64,000 nt of DNA from Coxiellaceae bacterium (GTDB taxonomy: Bacteria; Pseudomonadota; Gammaproteobacteria; JAJRRL01): positions 3,179 to 67,178 of the forward strand of contig JBIKMG010000002.1 of the NCBI GenBank assembly GCA_044359385.1, read 5' to 3'. The notes under the pieces were generated by a model. The model worked only from the letters and a program-made list of their open reading frames with translations, did not search any database and was not told where the DNA came from. Positions within the stretch are counted from its first letter, which is position 1. Every line of letters begins with the position of its first letter. Positions 1 through 8,758 of the stretch are shown here, in pieces. The position numbers and the translations under genes were made by a program.

Positions 1-761
1 GCAAGGGAACATACGATAAAGTAATTCAGGGTATCAAAATCTTATCTGAGAACAAACGAATAAATGAAATGGGAGATTATGGGTTGCTTTGTGTCATCAA
101 TCCCGATAATGATGCAAAAAAAATCTATAGACACTTCGTTGATGACTTAAATGCAAGATGTATTGACTTTTTGCTGCCGCATGCTAATTATGATTTATCG
201 CCAATAAGTAGCGCGAGCGCATATGGAAAATATTTGTTGGATATTTTTGATGAGTGGATAAAAGATGATGATCCTACTATTTATGTAAGAGTAATCTCTT
301 CAACGCTTGATGTTATGTTGGGAGAGAATTCACATTACATGTATGGAATTGGATCAGCAGGACAGAGTGTCCCAATTATTTGTATTAATTCTGATGGGAG
401 TGTTAGTCCAACAGATGAGTTCAGAACCATGTCGAGTGAGCTCGTTTATACAGCTTCCTATGTCGATAATATTAGTTTAAAAGATTACCTAGAGCTTCCA
501 TTGTTTCGTAAGTTTTCTTTCGCGACTAGCAATTTGGCTAAAGAATGTAATGAATGTAAATGGATGAAAATTTGCAACGGTGGATCTATTGTAAATCGGT
601 TTAGTAAGGAAAATGGATTCGATAATTCATCGGTATATTGTGCTGGGCTTAAGATTTTTTATGAAGGGATATCGAGTTACTTGAGAAAAAACATGCCACC
701 AAGTCAGTATCAAATGGTATCAAAATTTGGAAAAACAATTTGCGTTGAAAAAGGTACCTGA
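1..761 (+). CDS. Radical SAM / SPASM-domain protein, C-terminal fragment (5' end lies outside window)
   Basis: Frame 3 is open from position 3 to the stop at 761 with no start in the window (..KGTYDKVIQGIKILSENKRINEMGDYG..). The C-terminal Cys cluster CNECKWMKICNGG ... YCAG resembles the SPASM/twitch auxiliary Fe-S domain of peptide- or sulfatase-maturating radical SAM enzymes. Confidence 0.5.
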   Translation, partial: KGTYDKVIQGIKILSENKRINEMGDYGLLCVINPDNDAKKIYRHFVDDLNARCIDFLLPHANYDLSPISSASAYGKYLLDIFDEWIKDDDPTIYVRVISSTLDVMLGENSHYMYGIGSAGQSVPIICINSDGSVSPTDEFRTMSSELVYTASYVDNISLKDYLELPLFRKFSFATSNLAKECNECKWMKICNGGSIVNRFSKENGFDNSSVYCAGLKIFYEGISSYLRKNMPPSQYQMVSKFGKTICVEKGT

Positions 762-816
762 TGAGTACCTAATTCATGAATTGCTTAACCGAGTCGATAG
801 GGAATTTATTTAAAAT

Positions 817-1533
817 TCAACAGATTAGCTTGAAATAAAACGCTGTTGTTAGATCATTGTAGGTTATAATTTTTCCATCCTTGGTGAAGAAGCAGTAGTC
901 ATGCTCATGCATTTTTATTTCATTTGTATTAACTTGGTAAGGACACCCAATAAGCTCGCCTTCTTTTATATCTCTATCCGTACAAAAATAAGTTAAATCA
1001 AATCCTTTGTGGTTTAATGTGTGCTCTGATAGATTTCCTGTGGAGATCATCTCCCTATTTTCTTCAGTTATGTCTAATTCTAATAACATTTTATCAGAGG
1101 GCAAGTGTTGTATATAATGCGTATGATTACTTTTTTTGCTTGAATCAACTATGTAAATATTTCCGAAATCATCATAAGATACCGTGCCAGATTGTATTAA
1201 AGTGGTAGGGTTCTTTGGATCAAAATCAACTTCGGCAGCGCTTAATTTTTTTAATTTGCCAGAAACAAAACCAATAACAGTATCTTTTGGTATCTCTTTT
1301 GTCGCATATAATCCATGACCAACTTGATCGTTCATGTATCTAATTTCAAGTTTTTCCAATATGCTTGAAGGATCTGCAAAATAAGAGATTAATAGAGGAT
1401 GATCACTCGGTTTTGGAGGATCAAATTTTGAGTAATCAAAATCAAACCATTTTCGGCCAGTCAGTTTATGAATACGGGAAACTGGAATTATGAACTTTTG
1501 CTTACTCCCACTTAAAAAGCTAATTATGGGCAT
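817..1533 (-). CDS. Hypothetical protein with SET-domain-like motifs (putative eukaryotic-like methyltransferase)
   Basis: 238-aa ORF. GHGLYATKEIPKDTVIG matches the GxG N-SET motif. NHTHYIQH approximates the NHSCxPN motif. DIKEGELIGCPY approximates the post-SET ELxxDY motif. No signal peptide. Confidence 0.45.
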   Translation of the reverse strand: MPIISFLSGSKQKFIIPVSRIHKLTGRKWFDFDYSKFDPPKPSDHPLLISYFADPSSILEKLEIRYMNDQVGHGLYATKEIPKDTVIGFVSGKLKKLSAAEVDFDPKNPTTLIQSGTVSYDDFGNIYIVDSSKKSNHTHYIQHLPSDKMLLELDITEENREMISTGNLSEHTLNHKGFDLTYFCTDRDIKEGELIGCPYQVNTNEIKMHEHDYCFFTKDGKIITYNDLTTAFYFKLIC

Positions 1534-1960
1534 TGAGTATAGCCTTATCAGTATGTTTTACGATGATTGTCCGATCATGCAGCGCTAAATTGATCTATAA
1601 ACGCCATAATACATTAGAAAATAAAAAAATCAATCACTGCAATCTAGGCCCTGGCAATCGAGGTAAGGAAAGTTTTAGTGAATTATTTCGAGTAGACAGG
1701 AGTTTTTTCTTCAACGCGTTAAGTGAAGAAAAAATCTTTCGTTGAGATTGCATTACTTGAGAGCGAGACGAAAGCTGCTGTAGGTGCTGAAATTGTGAGT
1801 AATGAGAACGGCCGTGGCATTATGGTTGGACCGTGTTGCGAGGCGATTTACTCCATGGATTGAGTAAATCGATCACGAGCGAGGTCTGCTCCAAACACGA
1901 GATAAAAGTAGGGCTGCTGTTTATTTTTTAGTCGGCCCCTATTGAGTTGTTGATTCAGAC

Positions 1961-1988
1961 TTGCGCTTTCTGTTGATCAGGGTATAAT
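1961..1988 (+). promoter_or_regulatory. Candidate sigma70 promoter upstream of csrA (TTGCGC-16 bp-TATAAT)
   Basis: TTGCGC at 1961-1966 and TATAAT at 1983-1988 with 16-bp spacing, about 100 nt upstream of the csrA ATG. Confidence 0.3.
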
Positions 1989-2087
1989 TTCGAACCATTA
2001 GCGCAGTTACAGTGTTTTATACGCTGGGTGCCAAAAAACAGCAGAACCGAGTTTCTTTCTTGTGACTCGGACCAAAGGAAGTGAAGC

Positions 2088-2309
2088 ATGCTAGTTTTGA
2101 CGAGATCAGCAGGGGAACGTTTGATTATTGGTGAGAATGCCGAGATTACATTTAGTATTTTGGATATTAGCGGCAATCAAGTGCGTATCGGTATTAATGC
2201 ACCACGCAATGTTGCAGTGCATCGCGAAGAAGTTTATTTTCGTATTCAACGAGAAAAACAGCAAAAAAACGAATCAGAAAAAATGGACGAAGCGCTGGTC
2301 GATGCTTAA
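2088..2309 (+). CDS. csrA: Carbon storage regulator CsrA family protein (divergent, 73 aa with C-terminal extension)
   Basis: [50 protein letters not shown] matches the CsrA fold signature (LxLxR ... GINAP ... VHREE). RBS AGGAAG lies 7 nt upstream. Confidence 0.85.
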   Translation: MLVLTRSAGERLIIGENAEITFSILDISGNQVRIGINAPRNVAVHREEVYFRIQREKQQKNESEKMDEALVDA

Positions 2310-2576
2310 AAAATTAGTCTCGTGAATCAGGCCCGTTTTGATGACAGGATCCTCTTTTAAATTAAGTGAAGTTAACGATTCGCAAAAATTCTCGGTCGAC
2401 GGCTATATCTGGGGCACTTAGGGTTATTTTTTATATCAAGATAGCCTAGAAATCCGTAGCTTCCTATTCAGACGTGTATGAAGGAAAGGATCGAGCAAAA
2501 AAGATGACTTTATAATTCACTCGGTGTATGATGGCCTGCGATTCTCGTATGGAACGATAATAGTAAGGAAACAACG

Positions 2577-4061
2577 ATGAAAAAAGTACTTGTATTGACA
2601 GCTAGCTCGGTTTGTTTATGGGTAAGCACCGGAGTGTTAGCAGCCTCGACGGATGTAAGCCAAGAAAAAGTGGCTACAAAAAAAGAAGCACCTCTTGCGA
2701 AAGAAGCACCTATTTCGAAAGAAGCCGTCGTTCCAAAAACAACGCTCTATCAAGCAGCGGGTGTGGATATAAAAAATCCAACGCTGAAAAACCCAGGTCA
2801 GGTTAAATCTTTGGGTTCGTTTATTAATATGGGGCCTGACAGTCGAATTCAGATTAATGGCTTTTTATCAGCGGGTCTTTCTACAACGACAACAACTCCC
2901 GGCAACATGTCTTCTTTTTCTCAAGGAACAATAGTTGTAACGACTGCTTATGATCGAGGCTATGTTATTCCGGAGCGAGGTTTGGTTCAGAACAAACTCG
3001 GGTTTTCTCCGAACTCGCTGGTAGGGTTACAGTTTACGGGTAATATCACATCTAGTTTATCGGCTGTTGCACAATTGGTTGCGAGTGGTTCAGATGTTGA
3101 TGGCGATAATGCGTATCAAGTGCAAACACCATGGGCTTTTTTGCGTTATCGACCAAATAACAATTGGCAGTTGCGTGCAGGTCGTATGCGTATTCCCTTG
3201 TTTGCTTATTCCGATACGCAAGAAGTGGCTTATACCTATCCCTGGGTCTTTTTACCCAATACTGTTTACCGAGTGGTCCCATTTAATAATTTGAATGGCG
3301 CCGATGTGGTTTATAGCCAAGGCATTGGTCAAAGCGATTGGTTATTGCGGGTTCATCCTTTTTATGGTTCGAATAAATCAAAATTTGATACGATCACACA
3401 AGGTTTTGCGAGTGGTGCAACCTGTACGGTTACAACGGGTGGATCAACTTGTACACCTATTGAGCTTGAGTTTGGTGAAAACGGAGTTGGGGGTGCAGAG
3501 TTAACGTTGGGTAATGAGCAGATCCAGCTTCGTGGAAGTTATGCGCATGCGAGCATAGATGGGTCCGTTTCGACAGCTTACAGCTTTACTGAACCGGCTC
3601 TTTCGAATGATAATGCCTACTTTTACTCCATGGGTTTAAAGTTGGCCTTTGATTGGTTTCATTTCCAAGGTGAATTTGCATCCCGTCATGCAGATAAAGC
3701 AGATGGTACCCAAGCGAATATTGCAAACCTAAACGGTACTTATTATATGGTGGGTGCTCAGTTAGGTCGATGGTTCCCGAACTTTACTTATGGAAACTTG
3801 GTAACGACGAATACAGGCACGCTTTTAAGCGCAAATAACCCTTTCGGTACTGCTGGTACCAACAGCATAAATACCAATGAAGCGCCTCAAGCGGAAGAGG
3901 ACTTTACCTTGGGTGTTGCTTATACCGTTAATGGAAATGTAGTCATCAAAGGCAGTGCGACCTTAATTAATCCGAAGGATGGAACTTGGGGTCTTTATAA
4001 CTTTAATCCGAGAACTAAATCCGGTTATCTTTATGCAGCCTCAGTCGATGCTATTTTCTAA
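2577..4061 (+). CDS. Putative outer-membrane beta-barrel protein / porin with N-terminal KEAP-type repeats
   Basis: Signal peptide MKKVLVLTASSVCLWVSTGVLAAS. Repeats KKEAPLAKEAPISKEAVVPK. Long Gly/Thr/Ser/Asn/Tyr-rich sequence with alternating hydrophobic residues, ending in an aromatic residue (..VDAIF). Strong RBS AGGAAACAACGATG. Confidence 0.55.
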   Translation: MKKVLVLTASSVCLWVSTGVLAASTDVSQEKVATKKEAPLAKEAPISKEAVVPKTTLYQAAGVDIKNPTLKNPGQVKSLGSFINMGPDSRIQINGFLSAGLSTTTTTPGNMSSFSQGTIVVTTAYDRGYVIPERGLVQNKLGFSPNSLVGLQFTGNITSSLSAVAQLVASGSDVDGDNAYQVQTPWAFLRYRPNNNWQLRAGRMRIPLFAYSDTQEVAYTYPWVFLPNTVYRVVPFNNLNGADVVYSQGIGQSDWLLRVHPFYGSNKSKFDTITQGFASGATCTVTTGGSTCTPIELEFGENGVGGAELTLGNEQIQLRGSYAHASIDGSVSTAYSFTEPALSNDNAYFYSMGLKLAFDWFHFQGEFASRHADKADGTQANIANLNGTYYMVGAQLGRWFPNFTYGNLVTTNTGTLLSANNPFGTAGTNSINTNEAPQAEEDFTLGVAYTVNGNVVIKGSATLINPKDGTWGLYNFNPRTKSGYLYAASVDAIF

Positions 4062-4082
4062 AGAAGGGATCAATCATGAAAA

Positions 4083-4107
4083 ACGGGGCTTTGCCCCGTT
4101 TTTTTTT
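4083..4107 (+). terminator. Rho-independent terminator after the outer-membrane protein gene
   Basis: ACGGGGC-TTT-GCCCCGT hairpin followed by a T8 run. Confidence 0.75.
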
Positions 4108-4509
4108 AAGGAATTTCTATGGTTCGGATTAAACTTAATGTGAACGTATTTCACACCTTGATCTTTGTTTTATCCGTTGATTACCCGTTGAGTTATGAAA
4201 AGCACGTGACAGAATTTCAGAATAGAGGCAGTTATGTTTGTGACTTCACGTTAATTTTTTTTCGCAGATTCATATTTAGCTCAATAAATACAGCGAATAA
4301 CTCAACGATGCATTCTTGAATCATCTCCGAAAATAACAGAGCTCGTTCTCAGTCTTTCGATGTTACGCTAGATCAGTGCATAGGAGATCTATCCGCGTAG
4401 CGGTGAATGGCGATGGAGTCGTCACCTCCTGTGAATCACCTATGCTTCCCCCATCTGGGCAGCTAGGGATTAAATCGTTAGACTGGGAATAAATGCCGTG
4501 GAGACAAGC

Positions 4510-6294
4510 ATGATCGTTAAAACACAATCCAAGCTAAGTGCACTTCGTTCACTGATGAGTGAAGAGGGCGTTGATTTTTACCTCGTTCCGAGCTCTGACC
4601 CTCATCAAAGTGAATACGTTCCGCATTGTTGGGAAAGGCGGTCTTTTATTTCAGCATTCACGGGGTCTGCAGGATTAGCTCTTATCGGGAAAGATACCGC
4701 TAAGTTATGGACAGATGCGCGCTATTTTTTACAAGCGCAAGGTGAGCTAGATGAGAACTGGGAATTAATGAGGCAAGGAGTCGATGAATCACTCCCCACC
4801 TGGATAAGTCAGCAAACGACACCCATTTGTCTTGGGCTTGACCCAACTTGTGTGACTAAACAGGAAGCCGAAGAGCTGCAAAGAGCTGTGAGCCCTCAAG
4901 GTGGCACGATAAAATGGATTTCTCATAACTTAATAGATAAAATAAGCCCCCTAAAGATTGAGATACCTAAAAATTCTGCTTGGATTTACCCAATTGAGTA
5001 TGCTGGAGCCGAGTCCTCTGAGAAAATTAATTGTATTCGTCAGCAATTGATCAGCAAAGGATGTCGAAGTTTGATTATTAACCGGCTGGACTCTATTGCT
5101 TGGTTACTCAATATCCGGGGAAGTGATATAGATTATAATCCGTTGTGTATCAGCTATCTCATTCTCACTCAAGATACGGTTTGGTGGTTTGTTCATCCAC
5201 ATAAGTTAGACGGTGCGGTGCATGCTTATTTAGATGCGCAGGGTGTCGTTAATCGTCCATACAAAGAGTACTTCAAAACCTTACCAGCCCTTGCTGGTCC
5301 CATTTGGATTGATCCCTGTTCGACTAACTTTGCGAGCTTGCAAGCCATTGGCCAGACTGAAGTGTATCAAGCTCCTTGCCCGGTTTATGCAGCTAAATCA
5401 ATTAAAAATGCCGTTGAAATTGAGGGAGCTCGCCTCGCACATTTGCAAGATGGATTGGCTTTGTGTGATTTTTTTTATTGGTTAGAAAATGAGAAGTTGG
5501 GAACTGTCACCGAAGTATCTGCAGCAAAGCGGCTGCTAGAAGCGAGACAAAAGCAGCCCTTGTTTCAACAAGCCAGTTTTCCAAGTATTAGTGCGTTTGG
5601 CGCTAATGGAGCAGTTATTCATTACCGGCCTAACAAAAAAACGGATACCCCTATCGATGACACCAATCTTTATTTGCTCGACTCTGGCGGTCAGTACTTG
5701 GGTGGAACAACCGATATTACCCGATGTATACATCTAGGAGAGCCGACCGAACAGCAGCGTGCGCATTATACCCTCGTTTTAAAAGCACATTTAGCCTTAC
5801 GGCAAGCTATTTTTTTGTTGGGAACTTCGGGAGAACACCTAGATAACCTGGCTCGTCAGCCCTTATGGCGAGAAGGTCTGGACTTTGCGCATGGAACAGG
5901 CCACGGAGTGGGTAGTTATTTATGTGTCCATGAAGGGCCACAACGCATAGGCCGCGGTGCTTCAAGCGTCTCAATAGAGCAGGGTATGATTATGAGTAAC
6001 GAGCCTGGGCTTTATTTTGATGGAGAATATGGTATCCGTATTGAGAATCTTTGCCTCATCACTGAGTACTTACCACTCAGCAATAACAGCTACTGCAAGC
6101 AAATGCTTTGTTTGACTGATTTAACGCTGTTTCCCTATGAAAAGAAGCTGATGGATGTAGCGTTACTCAGCCGTCAAGAAATAAACAGGATTAATCATTA
6201 TCACAGAATAGTGTACAACCAACTATCTCCGAAGTTAAGAAATCGAGATATTGAGCATTGGTTAGCGGAAAAAACAAACCCAATCACTGGATAG
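4510..6294 (+). CDS. pepP: Xaa-Pro aminopeptidase (M24B family, long three-domain APP1-like form)
   Basis: HGTGHGVGSYLCVHEGP, SNEPGLY and IENL metal-ligand motifs of the M24 pita-bread fold. About 594 aa. ATG at 4510 has RBS GGAGA; the ORF track uses a GTG at 4498. Confidence 0.85.
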   Translation: MIVKTQSKLSALRSLMSEEGVDFYLVPSSDPHQSEYVPHCWERRSFISAFTGSAGLALIGKDTAKLWTDARYFLQAQGELDENWELMRQGVDESLPTWISQQTTPICLGLDPTCVTKQEAEELQRAVSPQGGTIKWISHNLIDKISPLKIEIPKNSAWIYPIEYAGAESSEKINCIRQQLISKGCRSLIINRLDSIAWLLNIRGSDIDYNPLCISYLILTQDTVWWFVHPHKLDGAVHAYLDAQGVVNRPYKEYFKTLPALAGPIWIDPCSTNFASLQAIGQTEVYQAPCPVYAAKSIKNAVEIEGARLAHLQDGLALCDFFYWLENEKLGTVTEVSAAKRLLEARQKQPLFQQASFPSISAFGANGAVIHYRPNKKTDTPIDDTNLYLLDSGGQYLGGTTDITRCIHLGEPTEQQRAHYTLVLKAHLALRQAIFLLGTSGEHLDNLARQPLWREGLDFAHGTGHGVGSYLCVHEGPQRIGRGASSVSIEQGMIMSNEPGLYFDGEYGIRIENLCLITEYLPLSNNSYCKQMLCLTDLTLFPYEKKLMDVALLSRQEINRINHYHRIVYNQLSPKLRNRDIEHWLAEKTNPITG

Positions 6295-6302
6295 AAGAGT
6301 CA

Positions 6303-6815
6303 TTATTTTTTTCGGTTCCCACTGCTAAGATGGCTATCGTGATTCCATTCTGGCATTTTTGCGAATGGTTGCATTGCTTCAGCAGCTGTTTTAGATTCAA
6401 GAACTACTTTTTTTGCATGATCTATCACACTTTCCAGACTGGAGCTTATTTCTTCGGAAAAAAATACATCATCTGCCAAGGTTAATGCTTTTTCTAGTTT
6501 TATCATCGTTTTTGCGACTAGAATGATATGTTCTCGAGATTCTCTGAGTGCTGTCTCATGGGAAAAGTAGTTTGATCGAATTGATCGTTCAATGGCAATT
6601 CGTGCATCTTTAACAGTCAGATGCAACTCGCTTGCTTTTGAACGTTGTTTGCTTTGTACAAAGCTTGCAATCAGACTTTTCACCGTATCGAGATGACTTA
6701 AAAATGTTTGTTTGTATTCTAGGCAGCTTGTTTGTAAGGCTTTTATATCTTGTTTTTCTACTTGCTTGAAAATAAGATCGGCTTTATGGATAAATGTTTC
6801 AAAAACGGCTTTCAT
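6303..6815 (-). CDS. Hypothetical helical protein (third gene of a three-gene operon)
   Basis: 170-aa ORF, charged and helical, no signal peptide. Recurrent His/Glu spacing (FSHETALRESREH, IDHAKK). Start overlaps the upstream gene stop by 4 nt. Confidence 0.5.
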   Translation of the reverse strand: MKAVFETFIHKADLIFKQVEKQDIKALQTSCLEYKQTFLSHLDTVKSLIASFVQSKQRSKASELHLTVKDARIAIERSIRSNYFSHETALRESREHIILVAKTMIKLEKALTLADDVFFSEEISSSLESVIDHAKKVVLESKTAAEAMQPFAKMPEWNHDSHLSSGNRKK

Positions 6816-7042
6816 CCGATATCTCCTAACAATTTTTCGAGCTCTAATCTGGATTTTTTCTGCGTGGTATTAACGGCTTGTTGTATTTTTTCTAATAAGC
6901 TGACATCTAAAGAGATTGACCATAAAGGGACATCAATTTCCTGGATAATAGTATCTAGTTCACGTGAAGGCCTTCCAGACAGGGTTATTTGGTTACGTAA
7001 CTGAACGATAGCTTGTTTGTAATTGATGTTTTCGTCAATCAT
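6812..7042 (-). CDS. Hypothetical small protein (middle gene of the three-gene operon)
   Basis: 76-aa ORF whose start overlaps the upstream stop by 8 nt and whose stop overlaps the downstream start by 4 nt (translational coupling). Confidence 0.45.
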   Translation of the reverse strand: MIDENINYKQAIVQLRNQITLSGRPSRELDTIIQEIDVPLWSISLDVSLLEKIQQAVNTTQKKSRLELEKLLGDIG

Positions 7043-7589
7043 GCTTTTCTCCCAGGGCGCTTAGTTTTTTAATCGCAGCATTCAAGGCCTCTCTAAGCGC
7101 AAGACACGCACTATCATGTTCTGTTAATGCTTTTTCGACGTCAGAAAAATCCGCTTGTTCATATAATTTTTTTGATCCTAGGCGCCTAAAGCCCTCTGTC
7201 ATCTGGATTAAAGTGTCTTTAAAGTTCTCCATATTAACGCTATGCCCATGCTTTTTAAGCTCGTCTTCATAACCTTGCAGCTCCTGTTGAAAAGCGATGC
7301 ATGCTTTGTGATTTAAACGCATGTTAGCTATATGCTCCTGCGTGGCATGACCTCTAAGCTTCTCACACACACGATTGAAGCCAGGAACAGGGTCAATTGC
7401 AAAGGGAGAGGCTTGTTCTAAACTTTTTTTAAGGGTAACTATGGCTGTTTGCAACGCTTGCAAGCGAGAGAAGCGCTGAGCTCTGGCATCTTCGTCTAAG
7501 TCACCAGAGTGCCGATTAAATTCTTCGGTGATATGAAGGATGAGGTCGTTCAATTCTTTTAATTTATGAAGTTGTTGTTTACGACTCAT
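7035..7589 (-). CDS. Hypothetical helical protein with hemerythrin-like H-x3-E spacing (first gene of the three-gene operon)
   Basis: 184-aa ORF. RBS GAGGTG upstream. Motifs HITEE, HATQEH and HGH are reminiscent of HHE cation-binding helical bundles. Lies 44 nt downstream of fba on the same strand. Confidence 0.5.
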   Translation of the reverse strand: MSRKQQLHKLKELNDLILHITEEFNRHSGDLDEDARAQRFSRLQALQTAIVTLKKSLEQASPFAIDPVPGFNRVCEKLRGHATQEHIANMRLNHKACIAFQQELQGYEDELKKHGHSVNMENFKDTLIQMTEGFRRLGSKKLYEQADFSDVEKALTEHDSACLALREALNAAIKKLSALGEKHD

Positions 7590-7633
7590 CTATTTCACCT
7601 CTGGCCAGCAGTTTCCAGCGAATAAATCTATGT

Positions 7634-8698
7634 TTAAGAAATTCGTGCATCTAGTTTTCCTGCTGTATAGCGGGCTGCCATATCCTCTAGAGAAACGACT
7701 TGAATTTTGGAGGCCATGCCTGAACAACCAAAGGCTTCATAACGATCTTTACAGATTTCTTGCATGGCGTTCAGTGCCTCGCCTAAATATTTTCTGGGAT
7801 CAAACTGGCTTGGATTTTTCGCCAAATAGCGACGAATAGCTCCGGTCGATGCCAAGCGTAAATCGGTGTCGATATTGATTTTACGCACGCCATGACGAAT
7901 CCCTTCTTGAATTTCCTTGACCGGTACCCCGTAGGTTTCTGTTATTTTACCGCCAAATTCATTAATAATTGCTAACCACTCTTGTGGTACGGAGGAAGAG
8001 CCGTGCATGACCAAGTGCGTATCAGGAATTCGTTTGTGGATGGCTTTTATGCGTTCAATCGATAAAATATCGCCAGTCGGTGGACGACTAAATTTGTAAG
8101 CTCCATGGCTAGTACCAATAGCAATTGCCAAGGCATCGACTTGCGTCGCTTTAACAAAAGCAGCCGCCTCTTCGGGGTCTGTCAGTAACTGACATTCAGA
8201 TAACACACCATCTGCCCCAGAGCCATCTTCTTCACCAGCCTCACCCGTTTCAAGTGAGCCCAGGCAGCCCAGCTCACCCTCAACTGAAACGCCACAAGCA
8301 TGAGCCATATCGACTGTTCGACGAGTCACATCAACATTGTATTCAAAATTGGCTGGGGTTTTCATATCTTCTTTCAAGGAGCCATCCATCATGACAGAGG
8401 TAAAGCCCATTTGAATGGAGCGCTGACAAACAGCAGGAGAAGCCCCGTGGTCTTGATGCACGCAAACAGGGATATGAGGCCATTCTTTCGTAGCCGCCTC
8501 CATTAAGGAACGTAAAAAGTTTGCGCCGGCATAAGATCGCGCACCAGCTGAGGCTTGCATAATGACGGGCGAGTCGGTTTGATCCGCTGCGATCATAATC
8601 GCTCGAGTTTGCTCTAGGTTATTTACATTAAATGCTGGGACACCATAACCGTATTGTGCAGCGTGATCCAATAATTGTCGCATCGTGATTAAAGCCAT
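7634..8698 (-). CDS. fba: Fructose-1,6-bisphosphate aldolase, class II
   Basis: [35 protein letters not shown]..; 354 aa, Calvin-cycle/class IIA type. Confidence 0.9.
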   Translation of the reverse strand: MALITMRQLLDHAAQYGYGVPAFNVNNLEQTRAIMIAADQTDSPVIMQASAGARSYAGANFLRSLMEAATKEWPHIPVCVHQDHGASPAVCQRSIQMGFTSVMMDGSLKEDMKTPANFEYNVDVTRRTVDMAHACGVSVEGELGCLGSLETGEAGEEDGSGADGVLSECQLLTDPEEAAAFVKATQVDALAIAIGTSHGAYKFSRPPTGDILSIERIKAIHKRIPDTHLVMHGSSSVPQEWLAIINEFGGKITETYGVPVKEIQEGIRHGVRKINIDTDLRLASTGAIRRYLAKNPSQFDPRKYLGEALNAMQEICKDRYEAFGCSGMASKIQVVSLEDMAARYTAGKLDARIS

Positions 8699-8758
8699 TG
8701 TTTTCTCCTTCGTAAATTGTCAAATAAGCGTTGAGTTTTACCCACTAACAAGAAGCTG

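Noticed and set aside
1829-1870. Tiny ORF MVGPCCEAIYSMD, a possible Cys-containing RiPP precursor for the radical SAM enzyme
   Set aside because: It is more than 1 kb from the rSAM gene and on the far side of an oppositely oriented gene. It has no RBS and no leader-peptide features, so it is most likely random.
2612-3504. Several 60-80 aa ORFs in alternative frames inside the outer-membrane protein gene (2612-2806, 3052-3282, 3067-3294, 3295-3504)
   Set aside because: They overlap a long coding frame with a signal peptide and a terminator. They have no RBS and atypical composition, so they are spurious.
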